This document shows positions 30,936 through 32,387 of a stretch of DNA of 32,387 nucleotides, piece after piece; position 1 is the stretch's first letter; each line of letters opens with the position of its first letter. The position numbers and the translations under genes were made by a program. The notes under the pieces are model-generated. The model saw only the letters and a list, made by a program, of their open reading frames with translations. It was not told the DNA's origin and ran no database searches. The DNA comes from Parvularia atlantis (Eukaryota), in assembly GCA_943704415.1 (NCBI GenBank), contig CALSCO010000849.1, positions 1-32,387 on the forward strand, given 5' to 3'.

Positions 30936-32387
30936 GCAGCGTCGCCGCGCCAACGACGTCGTCGGCGCCACGCAGCGACGACGCGGCGATGGACGTGGCG
31001 CCGGCGCGCTCGACGCTGCGGCACTTTTCGTGCGCGGAAACGGCCGACGACGACGCCGAGGGGCCCGTCAGCTCGCCCACGCCGCGCCCGCGCCCCGGCG
31101 CCGCCGCGACGCTCAAGCGCCCACGCGCGTCGGACGAGGCCATCGGCAACGTGGTCGAGGACCGGTACGCGTTCCTAAAGGACATCCGCGACGCGCAGGG
31201 CCGGCGTCCCGGTGCGCTTGCCGCGTTTGTCTCACTCGCTTCTCTAACCGCGTCTGAAGGCGACCCGGAATACGACAACCGCACGCTCTACATCCCGCCG
31301 AGCGCCTGGGCCAAATTCAAGCCGTTCGAGAAGCAGTACTGGGAGATCAAGGCGCAGCACTTTGACACGATCGTCTTCTTCAAGAAGGGCTTCTTCTACG
31401 AGCTGTACGAGGTCGACGCCGACATCGGCGTGCGCGAGTTTGAGCTCAACTTTTCCAAGTCGGCGCGGGCGGGCGGTGCGGCCTCGCGCGTGCGCGCTGC
31501 TGCGCCTGAGCCGCATGTGCGCCGTGCCAGAGATGCGCCTCGCGGGCTTCCCGATCAGCCGCCTGGAAGAGTGGGCGGCCAAGGTGATCGCGCAGGGCTA
31601 CAAGGTCGCGCGGGTGGACGAGCTCGAGAACTCGATCACCAAGTCGATGCGCGAGAAGAAGAGCGGCAGCGCGCAAAAGGTGCGCGTGCGCTACGGGCGG
31701 CTTAGCCGTGCTGATGTGCGCGCGTGCGCAGGACAAGATCATCACGCGCAAGCTCACGAGCGTGCTCACGTCCGGGACGCTCGTGTACTCGTCCGTGCTG
31801 ACGGACGACATGGCGACGTACTGCATGGCGATCAAGGTGCGGCCGGCCCGTGTCGCGTAGGCGCTTGGGGAGTGCTGACGTGCGCATGCGGACGTCCAGG
31901 AGGTGCATACGAGCGGCGCGCAGCCCGCGCGCACGTACGGCGTCGTCGTGCTCGAGGCGGTGCGTCTCTTGCCCCTCGCGCGCGCGCGCGCGCACCCCAC
32001 ACTCACGCTTCCCCCGGTGTCCAGGCCACGGCGCAGTTTTCGTTTGCACTGCTCGAGGACGACGCCGAGCGCACGCAGCTCGAGACACTGCTGATGCAGA
32101 TGCGCCCGACCGAGCTCGTCTGCGAGCGGGTGCGTGCCACGCAAAAAGGCGTGTGCACGTCTCACACGCTGCGTCTCTGCAGGGCAACCTTTCGCCCGAG
32201 ACGATGCGGCTGATCAAGAACGTGGCCAAGACGCCGATCATCAACACGCTCGCCAAGGGTGCGCCACACGTGGCGCATCCTGCCGTCCTCATCTTGTGCA
32301 CGCGCGCAGGCAGCGAGTTTTGGGATGCCGAGACGACCGAGAACGAGCTGCGGCGGCACCACGAGTACCTCATGTGCGCCCCCCCCC
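30587..32387 (+). CDS. MSH6: DNA mismatch repair protein MSH6, 5' part; runs off the window end
   Basis: PIP box QASLLTFF, disordered N-terminus, DIRDAQGRRPGDPEYDNRTLYIPPSAW, PFEKQYWEIK, VFFKKGFFYELYE, GYKVARVDELE, VLTSGTL, EFWDA. Confidence 0.95.
30878..30931 (+). repeat. (GAC)n(GGC)n trinucleotide run encoding poly-Asp/poly-Gly in the MSH6 N-terminus
   Basis: Read directly. Similar GTC/GAC runs occur at about 2352-2387 (TRM13 coding) and at about 7618-7644 and 16506-16535 (both intronic). Confidence 0.9.

Noticed and set aside
1..32387. A functional gene cluster, mobile element or alternative genetic code across the window
   Set aside because: Neighbouring genes have unrelated functions. 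I saw no transposase, RT, integrase, TIR or LTR, and the in-frame stops I checked fall in introns or at expected C-termini.
32378..32387. Terminal poly-C run
   Set aside because: It follows a likely GTGCGC donor at the window edge, so it is probably intronic low complexity or an assembly end, not a telomere repeat.

Overview
Eukaryotic nuclear DNA, very GC-rich (roughly 70% by eye) and very compact. Introns are short (about 45-90 nt; donor GTGCGY/GTACGY, branch CTRAC/CTCAC, acceptor YAG), so most ORF-track entries are GC shadow frames or intron read-throughs. I spliced 16 protein genes by hand, plus a tRNA-Pro(UGG). In order: ABCB/MDR transporter (truncated), TRM13, a three-domain glycosyltransferase, a small hypothetical protein, a GLI/GLIS-like C2H2 factor, a membrane-anchored P-loop protein, a multi-TM class 3 lipase, LIS1, an ERI-family exoribonuclease, SVP26/TEX261, a MARVEL protein, a degenerate dynamin/SLIP-GC-like protein, a secreted Asp-box propeller, INTS6, WDR55/JIP5 and MSH6 (truncated). 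Fungal-looking LIS1/MSH6 together with INTS6 and E2F-type sites suggest a unicellular opisthokont outside Dikarya (inference only). I see no mobile element, CRISPR array or prokaryote-style system. The most interesting items are the triple-GT fusion, the GLI-like factor, the apparent pseudo-GTPase, several GC-AG introns and two divergent start codons only 26 nt apart. Family calls come from motifs recalled from memory, not from searches.
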